Shown one piece after another: positions 1 to 8,321 of a stretch of DNA of 60,569 nucleotides. Origin of the DNA: Candidatus Kapaibacterium sp. (GTDB taxonomy: Bacteria; Bacteroidota; Ignavibacteria; Palsa-1295); contig JBBRNY010000003.1 in the NCBI GenBank assembly GCA_038229915.1, positions 1-60,569 on the forward strand. Direction: 5' to 3'. The notes beneath the pieces are model-generated. The model searched no databases, was not told where the DNA came from, and saw nothing but the letters and a program-made list of their open reading frames with translations. The position numbers and the translations under genes are program-made. The number at the start of each line of letters is the position of its first letter. The first letter of the stretch is position 1.

Positions 1-1
1 A

Positions 2-271
2 AGTATCTATCTCGGCGACTTCACCTCGAACCCAAATCCATTCAAGAATGAAACGACGCTTTCGTTTGTGTTGAATCGGATGGCATATACGACCGTTGAA
101 GTCTTTGATGTAGCCGGGCGCAAAGTCTGGGGCGACGATCACGGCTACTCGCTTGAAGCAGGCGTGCACACCGTTCATCTCGACGGCAAACTCCTCCCAA
201 GCGGCACACTCTATGCCAGAATCTCAACAGGCTTCGGCGAAGTGAAGACTGTGAAGTTGGTGAAAGAATAG
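2..271 (+). CDS. 3' end of a secreted protein with a T9SS (Por) C-terminal sorting domain; the 5' end lies outside the window
   Basis: Frame 2 is open from the window edge. Translation ...SNPNPFKNETTLSFVLNRMAYTTVEVFDVAGRKVW...GTLYARISTGFGEVKTVKLVKE fits the usual T9SS CTD pattern. A strong terminator follows at 310-342. Confidence 0.8.
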   Translation, partial: SIYLGDFTSNPNPFKNETTLSFVLNRMAYTTVEVFDVAGRKVWGDDHGYSLEAGVHTVHLDGKLLPSGTLYARISTGFGEVKTVKLVKE

Positions 272-309
272 GGGGGTAGTCTTTAGTCGTAAGTCTTTAG
301 GGAATGCGT

Positions 310-342
310 GGGGCGGTTATTAATAACTGCCCCTTTTTTTTT
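310..342 (+). terminator. Rho-independent terminator
   Basis: GGGGCGGTTAT/ATAACTGCCCC hairpin followed by a run of 9 T. Confidence 0.8.
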
Positions 343-381
343 ACGAATAATCAACTCGTTGGTATTCGTGTTCTATCGGGT

Positions 382-711
382 ATGACAGACAAGCAACACG
401 AACCGTTGACCCAAAAAGAGATCGAGCGCATAGCGCATCAAGAAGCGTCGGCGTCGATCTTTGGGTCGAACACGGCGGCAGATGACCGCGATGAAAAAGA
501 CTATCGCGAGGCGATGCAACAAAATGCGCCGTATCTGACGCTTGGTATTCAGATGGCATTCACGGTCGCGCTCGGCGCGGGCATCGGGTGGTGGCTTACC
601 GATCGGACGGGCAATTCGCTCTGGTTAGGTCTGTGCGCAGGTCTCGGCGCAGTGATGGGTTTAGGATATTTTATTCTGGTGGTGCTCCGAATGGAAAAGA
701 AAAATAAGTGA
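382..711 (+). CDS. Small two-helix membrane protein, AtpZ/AtpI-like (tentative)
   Basis: ORF 304..711 is trimmed to Met27 (ATG 382) because 310-342 is a terminator. The C-terminal half reads LGIQMAFTVALGAGIGWWLTDRTGNSLWLGLCAGLGAVMGLGYFILVVL. No ATP synthase genes are adjacent. Confidence 0.5.
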   Translation: MTDKQHEPLTQKEIERIAHQEASASIFGSNTAADDRDEKDYREAMQQNAPYLTLGIQMAFTVALGAGIGWWLTDRTGNSLWLGLCAGLGAVMGLGYFILVVLRMEKKNK

Positions 712-714
712 CCT

Positions 715-1035
715 TCAATTTCTCTTAAAATTCATTGGTTGAAATCGCGGTTGAATAGGTTTTTCGATTCGCCGCACGTCCAAAATACTTTCTAACGCTT
801 TCCGCGCTTCGATGTAGCCGCCGCTGAGGAACTCGGTGCCCGCTTCAAGTTGGATAAACAAACAATGTGTGCATCCGCGAAACCCCTGATCGGCAAGGAG
901 TGCCATCGTTGCGGCACGTTTGCATTTCGGGCAATTCTCGGGCAACCGCCGAACCCAGCCGAACTCCTTATCAAAGTATTCGCTGTCGGCAGTAAACTGA
1001 AATTTGGTCCGAGTATCAGGTCGTGGCGGTCGCAT
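715..1035 (-). CDS. Hypothetical protein with a CxxC...CxxC zinc-ribbon-like motif
   Basis: 106-aa ORF containing CPKC and CTHC pairs about 20 aa apart. I recognise no family. Confidence 0.45.
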   Translation of the reverse strand: MRPPRPDTRTKFQFTADSEYFDKEFGWVRRLPENCPKCKRAATMALLADQGFRGCTHCLFIQLEAGTEFLSGGYIEARKALESILDVRRIEKPIQPRFQPMNFKRN

Positions 1036-1201
1036 AGGTGCTTGTCAATTATAGAAGTAATATACTATTGAGACGGAGAATATTTTAGAAATTACAGATT
1101 AACTTCCTCGACGACTTTGATCCTCATATTATACCCAATAACACACTGAAACTATTATCAAGCGAGTGGGTTTGTTAGTTGTTGCACATAAAGTCTATTC
1201 T

Positions 1202-2425
1202 ATGAAAAATACGGTCATCATTGGGTTCTTGCTTATCACAGCGATTTTTACATCTTGCTCGAAAGATCCCCTTTCCCCTACATCGACACTCCAGAAGTAT
1301 GTTATCGAGTTCAATCCTGATACCTTACGAGGAAATATCTACCAAGATCTTACGGTTAAAGCCCGTGTGAATGGCTTGGAGACCGAAACACTATTCAGTT
1401 GGGATTATGGTGATGGAAGTAAGAGTATAGATACAGGTTCATCTATTACTAAACACACTTATTTCGTTGTCGGTAATTACACACTAAGTGCAAAAGCTTT
1501 TCACTATTTTACTGATACATTAATAACAGAGGGTAGCATCCCGGTGATCATTAGTGAACCCACCCCTAAAGTAATTTTCGAACCCCATACTATAGATACC
1601 GTTCTACCAATGGATATCTATGGCAAGTTGCTCAAGCCTCTCTTTTCGCGATTGCAATTTGACTATACATCTACACCGCTTCGTTTTGCTTATCATATTG
1701 TTGGCTCGGGATATGACACAACTGTTTTGTCGGATCGCGGGGATCTGTACTTTAATTTCCCAAGAGCCGGAAAGTATATTGTGAGTGCAGAAGTAACAAG
1801 AGAATCGGGAGCACTCTATGGTCGAGATACCGAAACAGTGAATGTCCGTTTTCCTGCAATAGATATTGATATGATCAGATCGTCGCCGAGAGTAAGCGTG
1901 GTGTTTAATGTTGACCCGAATTCATCTATCTATCACTCGGAAAATTTTGCGAACCCTCTTTCACTCGAATTGCCGTTCATTCATTCTGCGCCGTATGATT
2001 TCTCATGGTCTGGCGGAGACTTCGCTGCAAATTATAATGTCCATACTGTCGGCACCGGTACCTATGACGATAAGAACGAAGAAATAACAGGCTCGTTATC
2101 ATCGGATATTCAGACACTTGTTTCGTGCAAAGTCAGTGTGAACGATACGACCTATTCGAGTAGCATCGGAGGCTCTTCGAATGCAAAGTGGGGCTATACA
2201 TTCAAGAATCTAAAATTGATTTCCGTAACGAGTAAGGAGATCGTGTATGGTATCGTTGGACAAACGATGTCAGATTTTTCATCGGACCTCAATTTCGAAT
2301 TTACAAAGCATAACTTTCCTTCGGACGACCCTTGTGCTAATCCAATAACGATAGTAATAGGGCATGCTTCATCGAATCTCACGCCTCCACCAGCTCCGAA
2401 TGGCTTTGTGATCTTTTCGCGGTAG
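1202..2425 (+). CDS. PKD-domain lipoprotein
   Basis: ATG 1202 gives MKNTVIIGFLLITAIFTSCSKD (lipobox with Cys). A WDYGDGS motif typical of PKD domains is present. The gene is AT-richer than its neighbours. Confidence 0.7.
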   Translation: MKNTVIIGFLLITAIFTSCSKDPLSPTSTLQKYVIEFNPDTLRGNIYQDLTVKARVNGLETETLFSWDYGDGSKSIDTGSSITKHTYFVVGNYTLSAKAFHYFTDTLITEGSIPVIISEPTPKVIFEPHTIDTVLPMDIYGKLLKPLFSRLQFDYTSTPLRFAYHIVGSGYDTTVLSDRGDLYFNFPRAGKYIVSAEVTRESGALYGRDTETVNVRFPAIDIDMIRSSPRVSVVFNVDPNSSIYHSENFANPLSLELPFIHSAPYDFSWSGGDFAANYNVHTVGTGTYDDKNEEITGSLSSDIQTLVSCKVSVNDTTYSSSIGGSSNAKWGYTFKNLKLISVTSKEIVYGIVGQTMSDFSSDLNFEFTKHNFPSDDPCANPITIVIGHASSNLTPPPAPNGFVIFSR

Positions 2426-2429
2426 GGGA

Positions 2430-3368
2430 TTAACTTCCGCGACGTTCTCTGAAGATCACACTTGAAAACCAAAACCTGAATGCGATCAGGAGTTTGTGTG
2501 GTGTGCTAACGGTGATGCGTTTGGTGAAGACATCATATTCGGCGAGTTCGATCTTGCGGAGCAATCGGAAGTAGATCGCGTCCATAATTTGTGCGGCGAA
2601 AAGTGTGAAGCGTTCACCTTTGCCAAGACGCATACGCGCCATCTGATAATATTCACGAGCACGAGCGACCTCAAACTTCATCAGATTAATAAACGGCAAA
2701 TTGTATTTGCCATCGAGGATGTCTTGCTCGCTGACGCCAAAGCGCTCAAGGTCTTCACGAGGAATGTAGATGCGCCCCATAGCGGCATCTTTCTTGATGT
2801 CGCGAAGAATATTTGTTAGCTGTAATGCTGTGCCGAGATCGATCGCATATTCTTTGGTACTCTCAAACTTATATCCAAAAATTTCGATCGTGATGAGCCC
2901 GACGATGCTCGCAACGGCGTAGCAATACTCATTGAGTTCTGCAAACGTGTTGTAGCGATTCTTTACCAGATCCATTTCGACACCATCGATCAGTGTCAGG
3001 AAATATTGCTTCGGGATCTTGAATCGTAAAATAACTTTGTACAGATTTTTCAGGATCGGATGCTTCGAAGTACCGCCGTAACATTTCTCAACTTCGGTGC
3101 GCCACCAATCAAGACGGACTTTCTTTTTCTCAACGGTGATATCTACTTTTTGATCAATACCCGGAATATCTAACGGAAGATCTTCATCGACAAGATCATC
3201 AGTATAGCGACAAAACTCATAGACCGATTGTAATGCGATGCGCTCGTCTTTTGGCAAGAGCGAGAACGAATAAAAAAAATTACTTTTACCTTCGGATATA
3301 GGAATAGGTGGAAGCGGTTCTTCCAAAAAAATAGACTCGGCGCTATGTGTGGGTCTCGATGGATTCAT
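2430..3368 (-). CDS. hpnD: Squalene/phytoene synthase family, HpnD-like (presqualene diphosphate synthase)
   Basis: SNFFYSFSLLPKDERIALQSVYEFCRYTDDLVDE and ILRDIKKDAAMGRIYIP Asp-rich motifs. Its start lies 1 nt after the stop of the upstream paralog. Confidence 0.7.
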   Translation of the reverse strand: MNPSRPTHSAESIFLEEPLPPIPISEGKSNFFYSFSLLPKDERIALQSVYEFCRYTDDLVDEDLPLDIPGIDQKVDITVEKKKVRLDWWRTEVEKCYGGTSKHPILKNLYKVILRFKIPKQYFLTLIDGVEMDLVKNRYNTFAELNEYCYAVASIVGLITIEIFGYKFESTKEYAIDLGTALQLTNILRDIKKDAAMGRIYIPREDLERFGVSEQDILDGKYNLPFINLMKFEVARAREYYQMARMRLGKGERFTLFAAQIMDAIYFRLLRKIELAEYDVFTKRITVSTPHKLLIAFRFWFSSVIFRERRGS

Positions 3369-3369
3369 T

Positions 3370-4230
3370 TTATGATGCTCGCACCAGCATAGATTGTAAC
3401 AGCACGAATAATCGTTCTCGTTTCGTCAGAGTTGGTCTATTTTGGTAACAATTGCCGTCAATTTTGATGATCTTTTGGGTGAGCCTCCTGGCAGAATGTA
3501 CGACAGCCCGAAGCTCGAAACCAAGCCTTCCGCCAACTATTTCGGCAAGTGGGGCTCCGTGATCGATCAATGTTTCTACTCTTTGTAGCTCAAATAGCGA
3601 TAGAATGCTCAGTTTGTCAATATTCGGGCTTTCTGAAGGCGTCATCTCGAACATTTCCCAATCCTCGCTTGGGAAGTAATATCTCCCGTTTTCGAGGTCT
3701 TCTTTAATGTCTTGAATGAAATTCAGCAGTTGAAGTCCAGTGCAGATCTCATTTGATAATCCCAACAAATTTGGGTCTTTGTGCCCAAAGAGTGCGAGTA
3801 CCAATTCGCCAACAGGGTCTGCCGATCGGGCAGTGTACCACCTGAGATCATCAAATGTTTGGAAATGCACATCACCTTTGGCATCAAATTCAAATGCCTC
3901 GAGTAACTTAAAGAGTGGGGCAGTTGGCAACTGTCTCTCATCTATAGTATTACGCAACGCAATGAAGACTGGATGTTGGGGCTCTGCGCCATCGAGCATA
4001 GACTGGAGCTTGCTACGCCAATCGGCAAGCAATGCAAGCCGCTCGGCGCTTGATCTTGCGGGCAGATCAGCAAAATCATCGGCGGTCCGCATAAACGCAT
4101 AGAGTGCAAAGAAATGATGCCGCAGTGCTTTCGGAACGAGCACCGAGCCGACCGGAAAATTCTCGTAATGCGTCGCCATTCGCCGACATTCGGCATAAGC
4201 ATTTTCGAGTGAATTGGGGGTATTTGGCAT
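3370..4230 (-). CDS. hpnC: Squalene synthase family, HpnC-like (hydroxysqualene synthase)
   Basis: HYENFPVGS, FMRTADDFAD and FIQDIKEDLENGRYYFP motifs. The start is taken at ATG 4230; the ORF track extends to a TTG at 4248. Confidence 0.7.
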   Translation of the reverse strand: MPNTPNSLENAYAECRRMATHYENFPVGSVLVPKALRHHFFALYAFMRTADDFADLPARSSAERLALLADWRSKLQSMLDGAEPQHPVFIALRNTIDERQLPTAPLFKLLEAFEFDAKGDVHFQTFDDLRWYTARSADPVGELVLALFGHKDPNLLGLSNEICTGLQLLNFIQDIKEDLENGRYYFPSEDWEMFEMTPSESPNIDKLSILSLFELQRVETLIDHGAPLAEIVGGRLGFELRAVVHSARRLTQKIIKIDGNCYQNRPTLTKRERLFVLLQSMLVRAS

Positions 4231-4332
4231 TGCGAAAGATGCTAACAATCATTTATTTTATAAATGCCCGTCAATCGAGTGAGAAAGCTATAATGGCTTT
4301 CAAAGGCATTTCCTCGGAGCAAACCAAAAATC

Positions 4333-4346
4333 TCCGTATTTTTGTA
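4333..4346 (+). promoter_or_regulatory. Putative promoter element TCCGTATTTTTGTA containing a Bacteroidetes-type -7 motif (TAnnTTTG)
   Basis: TATTTTTG at 4337-4344, 53 nt upstream of the ATG at 4397. The same 14-mer recurs at 29925-29938 upstream of nuoA. Confidence 0.4.
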
Positions 4347-4396
4347 TTCTAAGTACCAGAGCAGGCACATTTTTTTACATTATAATTACAAAAGCG

Positions 4397-5206
4397 ATGA
4401 ATACTTCTATTACACGAAAACTTTCTTATTTACTTTCTTTATTCCTTATCGTTGGTCTTATGAGCTGCGGTAAAAAGAAAGATGCTGACGACGAAGCAGG
4501 CGATGCCAAAGATGGTGCAGCTACTACTGCCGTTGCCACAGTTGATATGGCTAACGGTGCAACGATCAGCGGCATGATCAAAATTGATGGTGCTGCTCCG
4601 GCAAGCAAGCCGATCTCTATGGATGCCGATCCTGTTTGTAAAGCGGCTCACTCAGCCCCAGTGATGACAGATCATTGGATCGTTGGTTCAGCAGGCGAAG
4701 TTGCTAATACTTTTGTCTATATCAAAGATGGTCTCGGTGGTGCTACCTACGCTGCTCCGACCGCAACAATGACTATCAACCAGCAGGGTTGCCAGTATGA
4801 CCCACACGTATTTGGCGTGATGGTCGGTCAGAAGATCGAGATCAAAAATTCTGATCAAACGATGCATAACATCCATGCCCATGGCGAAAAGAACGAACAG
4901 TTCAACGAAGGCCAGCCAGCTGGAACACCAGTCAAAGAGAAAGTTCTTGACAAAGAAGAAGTAATGATCCCGATCAAGTGCGACGTTCATGGTTGGATGA
5001 ATTGCTATGCTGGTGTATTAAAACATCCGTTCTTTGCTGTTAGTGGTAAAGATGGTAAGTTCGAGATCAAAGGCGTACCACCAGGAACATATACTGTTAC
5101 CGCTTGGCACGAGACACTCGACGGCAAAGGAATGTCAGTTGACCAGAAGATCACCGTTGCTGCAAAAGACAGCAAAACAGTTGACTTCTCGTTGAAGGGA
5201 CAATAA
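4397..5206 (+). CDS. Lipoprotein with a cupredoxin (type-1 copper) domain and a C-terminal carboxypeptidase-regulatory-like beta-sandwich
   Basis: Lipobox LIVGLMSCGKK. IEIKNSDQTMHNIH ... KCDVHGWM supplies His...Cys-x2-His-x2-Met ligands. The tail GKFEIKGVPPGTYTVTAWHE resembles CarboxypepD_reg domains. Confidence 0.65.
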   Translation: MNTSITRKLSYLLSLFLIVGLMSCGKKKDADDEAGDAKDGAATTAVATVDMANGATISGMIKIDGAAPASKPISMDADPVCKAAHSAPVMTDHWIVGSAGEVANTFVYIKDGLGGATYAAPTATMTINQQGCQYDPHVFGVMVGQKIEIKNSDQTMHNIHAHGEKNEQFNEGQPAGTPVKEKVLDKEEVMIPIKCDVHGWMNCYAGVLKHPFFAVSGKDGKFEIKGVPPGTYTVTAWHETLDGKGMSVDQKITVAAKDSKTVDFSLKGQ

Positions 5207-5223
5207 GATTATATTTCGTTCGT

Positions 5224-5260
5224 AAGCCCGCATTTGTGATGCGGGCTTTGTCGTTTTCTT
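5224..5260 (+). terminator. Rho-independent terminator
   Basis: AAGCCCGCAT-TTGTG-ATGCGGGCTT hairpin followed by TGTCGTTTTCTT. Confidence 0.7.
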
Positions 5261-5289
5261 CTGTTGGCTTTTATTTGATCCTATCACCG

Positions 5290-6129
5290 ATGAACTTGAG
5301 TATGAAGCGTGGAATGCAGTGGCTTTGCACAGCAACACTAGCAGTACTTCCGAGTGCTGTTGCGGCGCAAGCTGTACCGGCAAAATATCCTAATCACCAC
5401 TGGTATTCTTGGTGGATGAACATCCTGCCTGATACTGCAAGTACCTATGCCCCGAAGATCGACGCAATGTTCGATCTGATCCTGTGGCTTACCTTGATCG
5501 TCTTTCTATTAGTTGAGGGAGTGTTAATCTATTTCCTCTGGAAATACCGCTCGAAACCCGGCAGGAAAGCCCTCTATTATCATGGCAATAACCGCCTTGA
5601 AATAATATGGACGGCTATACCGGCGATGATATTAGTGTTCCTTGCTATTTTTAGCAACAGTTTATGGTCAGAGATCAGAAGCCCTGACCGTTTTCCAAAA
5701 GATGCACCGGTTATTCGTATCTCACCACGCCAGTTCCAATGGGATATTACCTATCCTGGTCCGGATGGGAAGTTTGATACACCCGATGACATCAATACGA
5801 TCAATCAGTTATATCTTGCTGTCAATGAACCTGTCCAGATAAAACTTAATGCGCAAGATGTGATCCATAGCTTTTTCGTACCGGAGTTTCGTATCAAACA
5901 AGATGCCGTACCCGGAATGCAGACAGCTGTTTGGATCAACCCGACCAAAGCCGGAGACTATGAGATAGGATGTGCTGAGCTTTGTGGGCTTGGGCATTAT
6001 CGTATGAAAGGCTATGTGCATGTGATCGCCCGCGACTCTCTTGATCGCTGGAAAATAGCACAAGCACCCGTGCCAGAGGCAGCTCCCGTAGCGGCTCCGA
6101 CAACCGATTCGTCGAAGACATCGAAATAA
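5290..6129 (+). CDS. coxB: Cytochrome c oxidase subunit II (CuA), without a fused cytochrome c domain
   Basis: CuA motif HSFFVPEF...CAELCGLGHYRM and two N-terminal TM helices. The track start at 5236 lies inside the terminator hairpin, so ATG 5290 (or 5302) is used. Confidence 0.9.
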   Translation: MNLSMKRGMQWLCTATLAVLPSAVAAQAVPAKYPNHHWYSWWMNILPDTASTYAPKIDAMFDLILWLTLIVFLLVEGVLIYFLWKYRSKPGRKALYYHGNNRLEIIWTAIPAMILVFLAIFSNSLWSEIRSPDRFPKDAPVIRISPRQFQWDITYPGPDGKFDTPDDINTINQLYLAVNEPVQIKLNAQDVIHSFFVPEFRIKQDAVPGMQTAVWINPTKAGDYEIGCAELCGLGHYRMKGYVHVIARDSLDRWKIAQAPVPEAAPVAAPTTDSSKTSK

Positions 6130-6162
6130 CTCATCACTATAGATTGTCATAAGGACCAAATA

Positions 6163-8001
6163 ATGTCAACGATTGTATTACCAAAAGAGATAAAAGGCGC
6201 ACACGATGCGCACGGACATCACGAACTGAGCTTCTGGAGAAAATATCTATTTTCGCTCGATCACAAAGTGATCGCGATCCAATTCTTATTTTTGAGCTCG
6301 TTCTTTTTATTGGTTGGTGGTTTGCTGGCGTTGGTCGTTCGCTTGCAGCTCGGTTGGCCAGATCATACCGGTTGGTTCTACAAATCAATGGCGAGTGTCT
6401 TTGGTTTGATCTTCAGCCAAAAACAGATCACCGGCGGTATCATCTTACCCGAGTTTTACAACTCGGCATTTACGATGCACGCCACGTTTATGATCTTCTT
6501 TGCGGTGATGCCATTCTTAATGGGCACATTCGCAAATTTCCTGATACCATTGCAGATCGGTGCAGGAGATATGGCTTTTCCGAGACTCAATATGGCATCG
6601 TTCTGGTTGGCATTTATTGCCGGATTGGTGATGCTCAGCGCCTTCTTCGTTCCGGGTGGTGCAGCAGGTGGCGGTTGGACGAGCTACCCGACACTCTCAG
6701 CTATACCCGAGCTATCGGGTGTGACATGGGGGCAAAATCTTTGGCTCTTTAGTTTGTTACTTTCGGGTATCTCATCATTACTTGGGGCGATCAACTATAT
6801 CACGACTGTCGTGAATATGCGTGCTCCGGGTATGTCCTGGATGCGTTTGCCACTGCCGATCTGGTCGATCTTTATCACGGCTATTCTATTATTACTTGCC
6901 GTACCAGTTCTTGGTGCCGCGCTGATCTTATTAATGTTCGATCGCACTCTTGGCACGAGCTTCTTTATCCCTCACGGCATACTTGTGGCGGGCTCGCCAC
7001 TGACAGGCCATACCGGCGGCGGACAAGTATTATTATGGCAGCATCTCTTCTGGTTCTTTGGGCATCCGGAAGTGTATATTATGATCTTGCCGGCAATGGG
7101 CTTGACCTCAGAAATTCTTTCGGTGTTCTCGCGCAAACCCATCTTCGGATACAAGGCGATGGTATTATCAATGGCCGGCATCGCATTTCTCGGCTTTATC
7201 GTATGGGGTCATCACATGTTCCAGTCGGGTATGAATCCGTTGCTCGGCACAACGTTTATGATCTCGACGATGCTCATCGCTGTTCCATCGGCTATCAAGA
7301 CATTCAATTGGCTTGGTACATTGTGGGGTGGTAATCTCCAATTTACCACATCCTTTTTCTTTGCCGTTGGGTTCGTAGCGATGTTTGTTATTGGCGGACT
7401 ATCGGGTATCTTTATGGCTTCTACACCAGTGGATATTTTTATCCATGATACCTACTTTATCGTCGGGCACATTCACTATGTACTCTTTGGCGGATCATTA
7501 TTCGCGATCTTTGCTGCGATCTATTTTTGGTTTCCAAAAATGTTTGGTCGAATGATGAGCGAACGTTGGGGCAAAGTGCATTTCTGGCTTGCATTCTTGT
7601 CGTTCAATGGCGTATTCTTTCCGATGCATATTTTAGGTATCAACGGTATGATGCGACGCATCTATGATTACACCGGCTATGCACATTTAGCGCATCTTCA
7701 ACCGATGAATGCATTTATGTCGGTGTGCGCATTTATTCTCGGATTGTCAGTTCTAATATTCCTTTTTAATTTGATCTGGAGTATCTTCAAGGGTAAAATT
7801 GCCCCGGTCAATCCATGGCATGCGAACACACTTGAATGGACAATTGCTAATCCGATCCCTCACGGTAACTTTGCCGAGATGCCACGCGTCTTCCGCGGAC
7901 CGTATGAGTATAGCGCACCCAACACACCGGGTGATGCTGATTTCTACCCGCAGAACGTACCGCCGCCGGGCTTCAGTAGTGCTGACCCAACAGCTCACTA
8001 A
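6163..8001 (+). CDS. coxA: Cytochrome c oxidase subunit I (haem-copper oxidase, A1-type signature)
   Basis: WFFGHPEVYIMILP and VWGHHMF motifs in a 612-aa polytopic membrane protein. Confidence 0.95.
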   Translation: MSTIVLPKEIKGAHDAHGHHELSFWRKYLFSLDHKVIAIQFLFLSSFFLLVGGLLALVVRLQLGWPDHTGWFYKSMASVFGLIFSQKQITGGIILPEFYNSAFTMHATFMIFFAVMPFLMGTFANFLIPLQIGAGDMAFPRLNMASFWLAFIAGLVMLSAFFVPGGAAGGGWTSYPTLSAIPELSGVTWGQNLWLFSLLLSGISSLLGAINYITTVVNMRAPGMSWMRLPLPIWSIFITAILLLLAVPVLGAALILLMFDRTLGTSFFIPHGILVAGSPLTGHTGGGQVLLWQHLFWFFGHPEVYIMILPAMGLTSEILSVFSRKPIFGYKAMVLSMAGIAFLGFIVWGHHMFQSGMNPLLGTTFMISTMLIAVPSAIKTFNWLGTLWGGNLQFTTSFFFAVGFVAMFVIGGLSGIFMASTPVDIFIHDTYFIVGHIHYVLFGGSLFAIFAAIYFWFPKMFGRMMSERWGKVHFWLAFLSFNGVFFPMHILGINGMMRRIYDYTGYAHLAHLQPMNAFMSVCAFILGLSVLIFLFNLIWSIFKGKIAPVNPWHANTLEWTIANPIPHGNFAEMPRVFRGPYEYSAPNTPGDADFYPQNVPPPGFSSADPTAH

Positions 8002-8018
8002 CACGAGTAGAGAAAAAA

Positions 8019-8042
8019 GGCGACCGGTTGGTCGCCTTTTTT
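8019..8042 (+). terminator. Rho-independent terminator
   Basis: GGCGACC-GGTT-GGTCGCC followed by TTTTTT. Confidence 0.8.
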
Positions 8043-8060
8043 ATTCATTCAATTGTAACA

Positions 8061-8318
8061 ATGAAAACAACAGCACCATACTTTACTCGCAAAGGTATTA
8101 TTTTCAAACCGGCATCAAAGATCGGGTGGCTCGTCTTGATCGCTTGCGGACTTTATGGTATCTATGCACTCTTCGAGATAGATAAAGCCTCACACTCAGG
8201 CAGCGACACCTTTATGAGTTGGTTCTTGACAATGGTAATGCTCGCCGTAGGCTATACGATCTTTGCTTATCTGATGAACGAGAAGGATAAAGACCACACC
8301 AAAGGATCAAAGAAATAA
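8061..8318 (+). CDS. Small membrane protein, unknown function
   Basis: ATG 8061 (MKTTAPYFTRKG...) with two hydrophobic helices. The track start at 8028 lies inside the terminator. Confidence 0.45.
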   Translation: MKTTAPYFTRKGIIFKPASKIGWLVLIACGLYGIYALFEIDKASHSGSDTFMSWFLTMVMLAVGYTIFAYLMNEKDKDHTKGSKK

Positions 8319-8321
8319 ATG

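Noticed and set aside
304-381. N-terminal extension of ORF 304..711 (MRGAVINNCPFFFTNNQLVG...).
   Set aside because: The extension is encoded by the terminator hairpin and its T-run (310-342, giving the FFF). The real start is more likely ATG 382.
5236-5289. Upstream start of coxB at 5236 given in the ORF track.
   Set aside because: Position 5236 lies in the loop of the terminator hairpin of the preceding gene. A signal-peptide-like N-terminus begins at the ATGs at 5290/5302.
6354-6752. 132-aa plus-strand ORF overlapping coxA in another frame. Similar overlapping ORFs occur at 7035..7334 and 7799..8185.
   Set aside because: They are out of frame within the highly conserved subunit I gene and have no independent signals.
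8028-8060. Track start (TTG) of ORF 8028..8318. The same issue applies to 20661..20699 for mpl.
   Set aside because: Both alternative starts fall inside terminator hairpins. The internal ATGs (8061 and 20700) give sensible N-termini (for Mpl, the canonical MKIFFIGICGTAMG).
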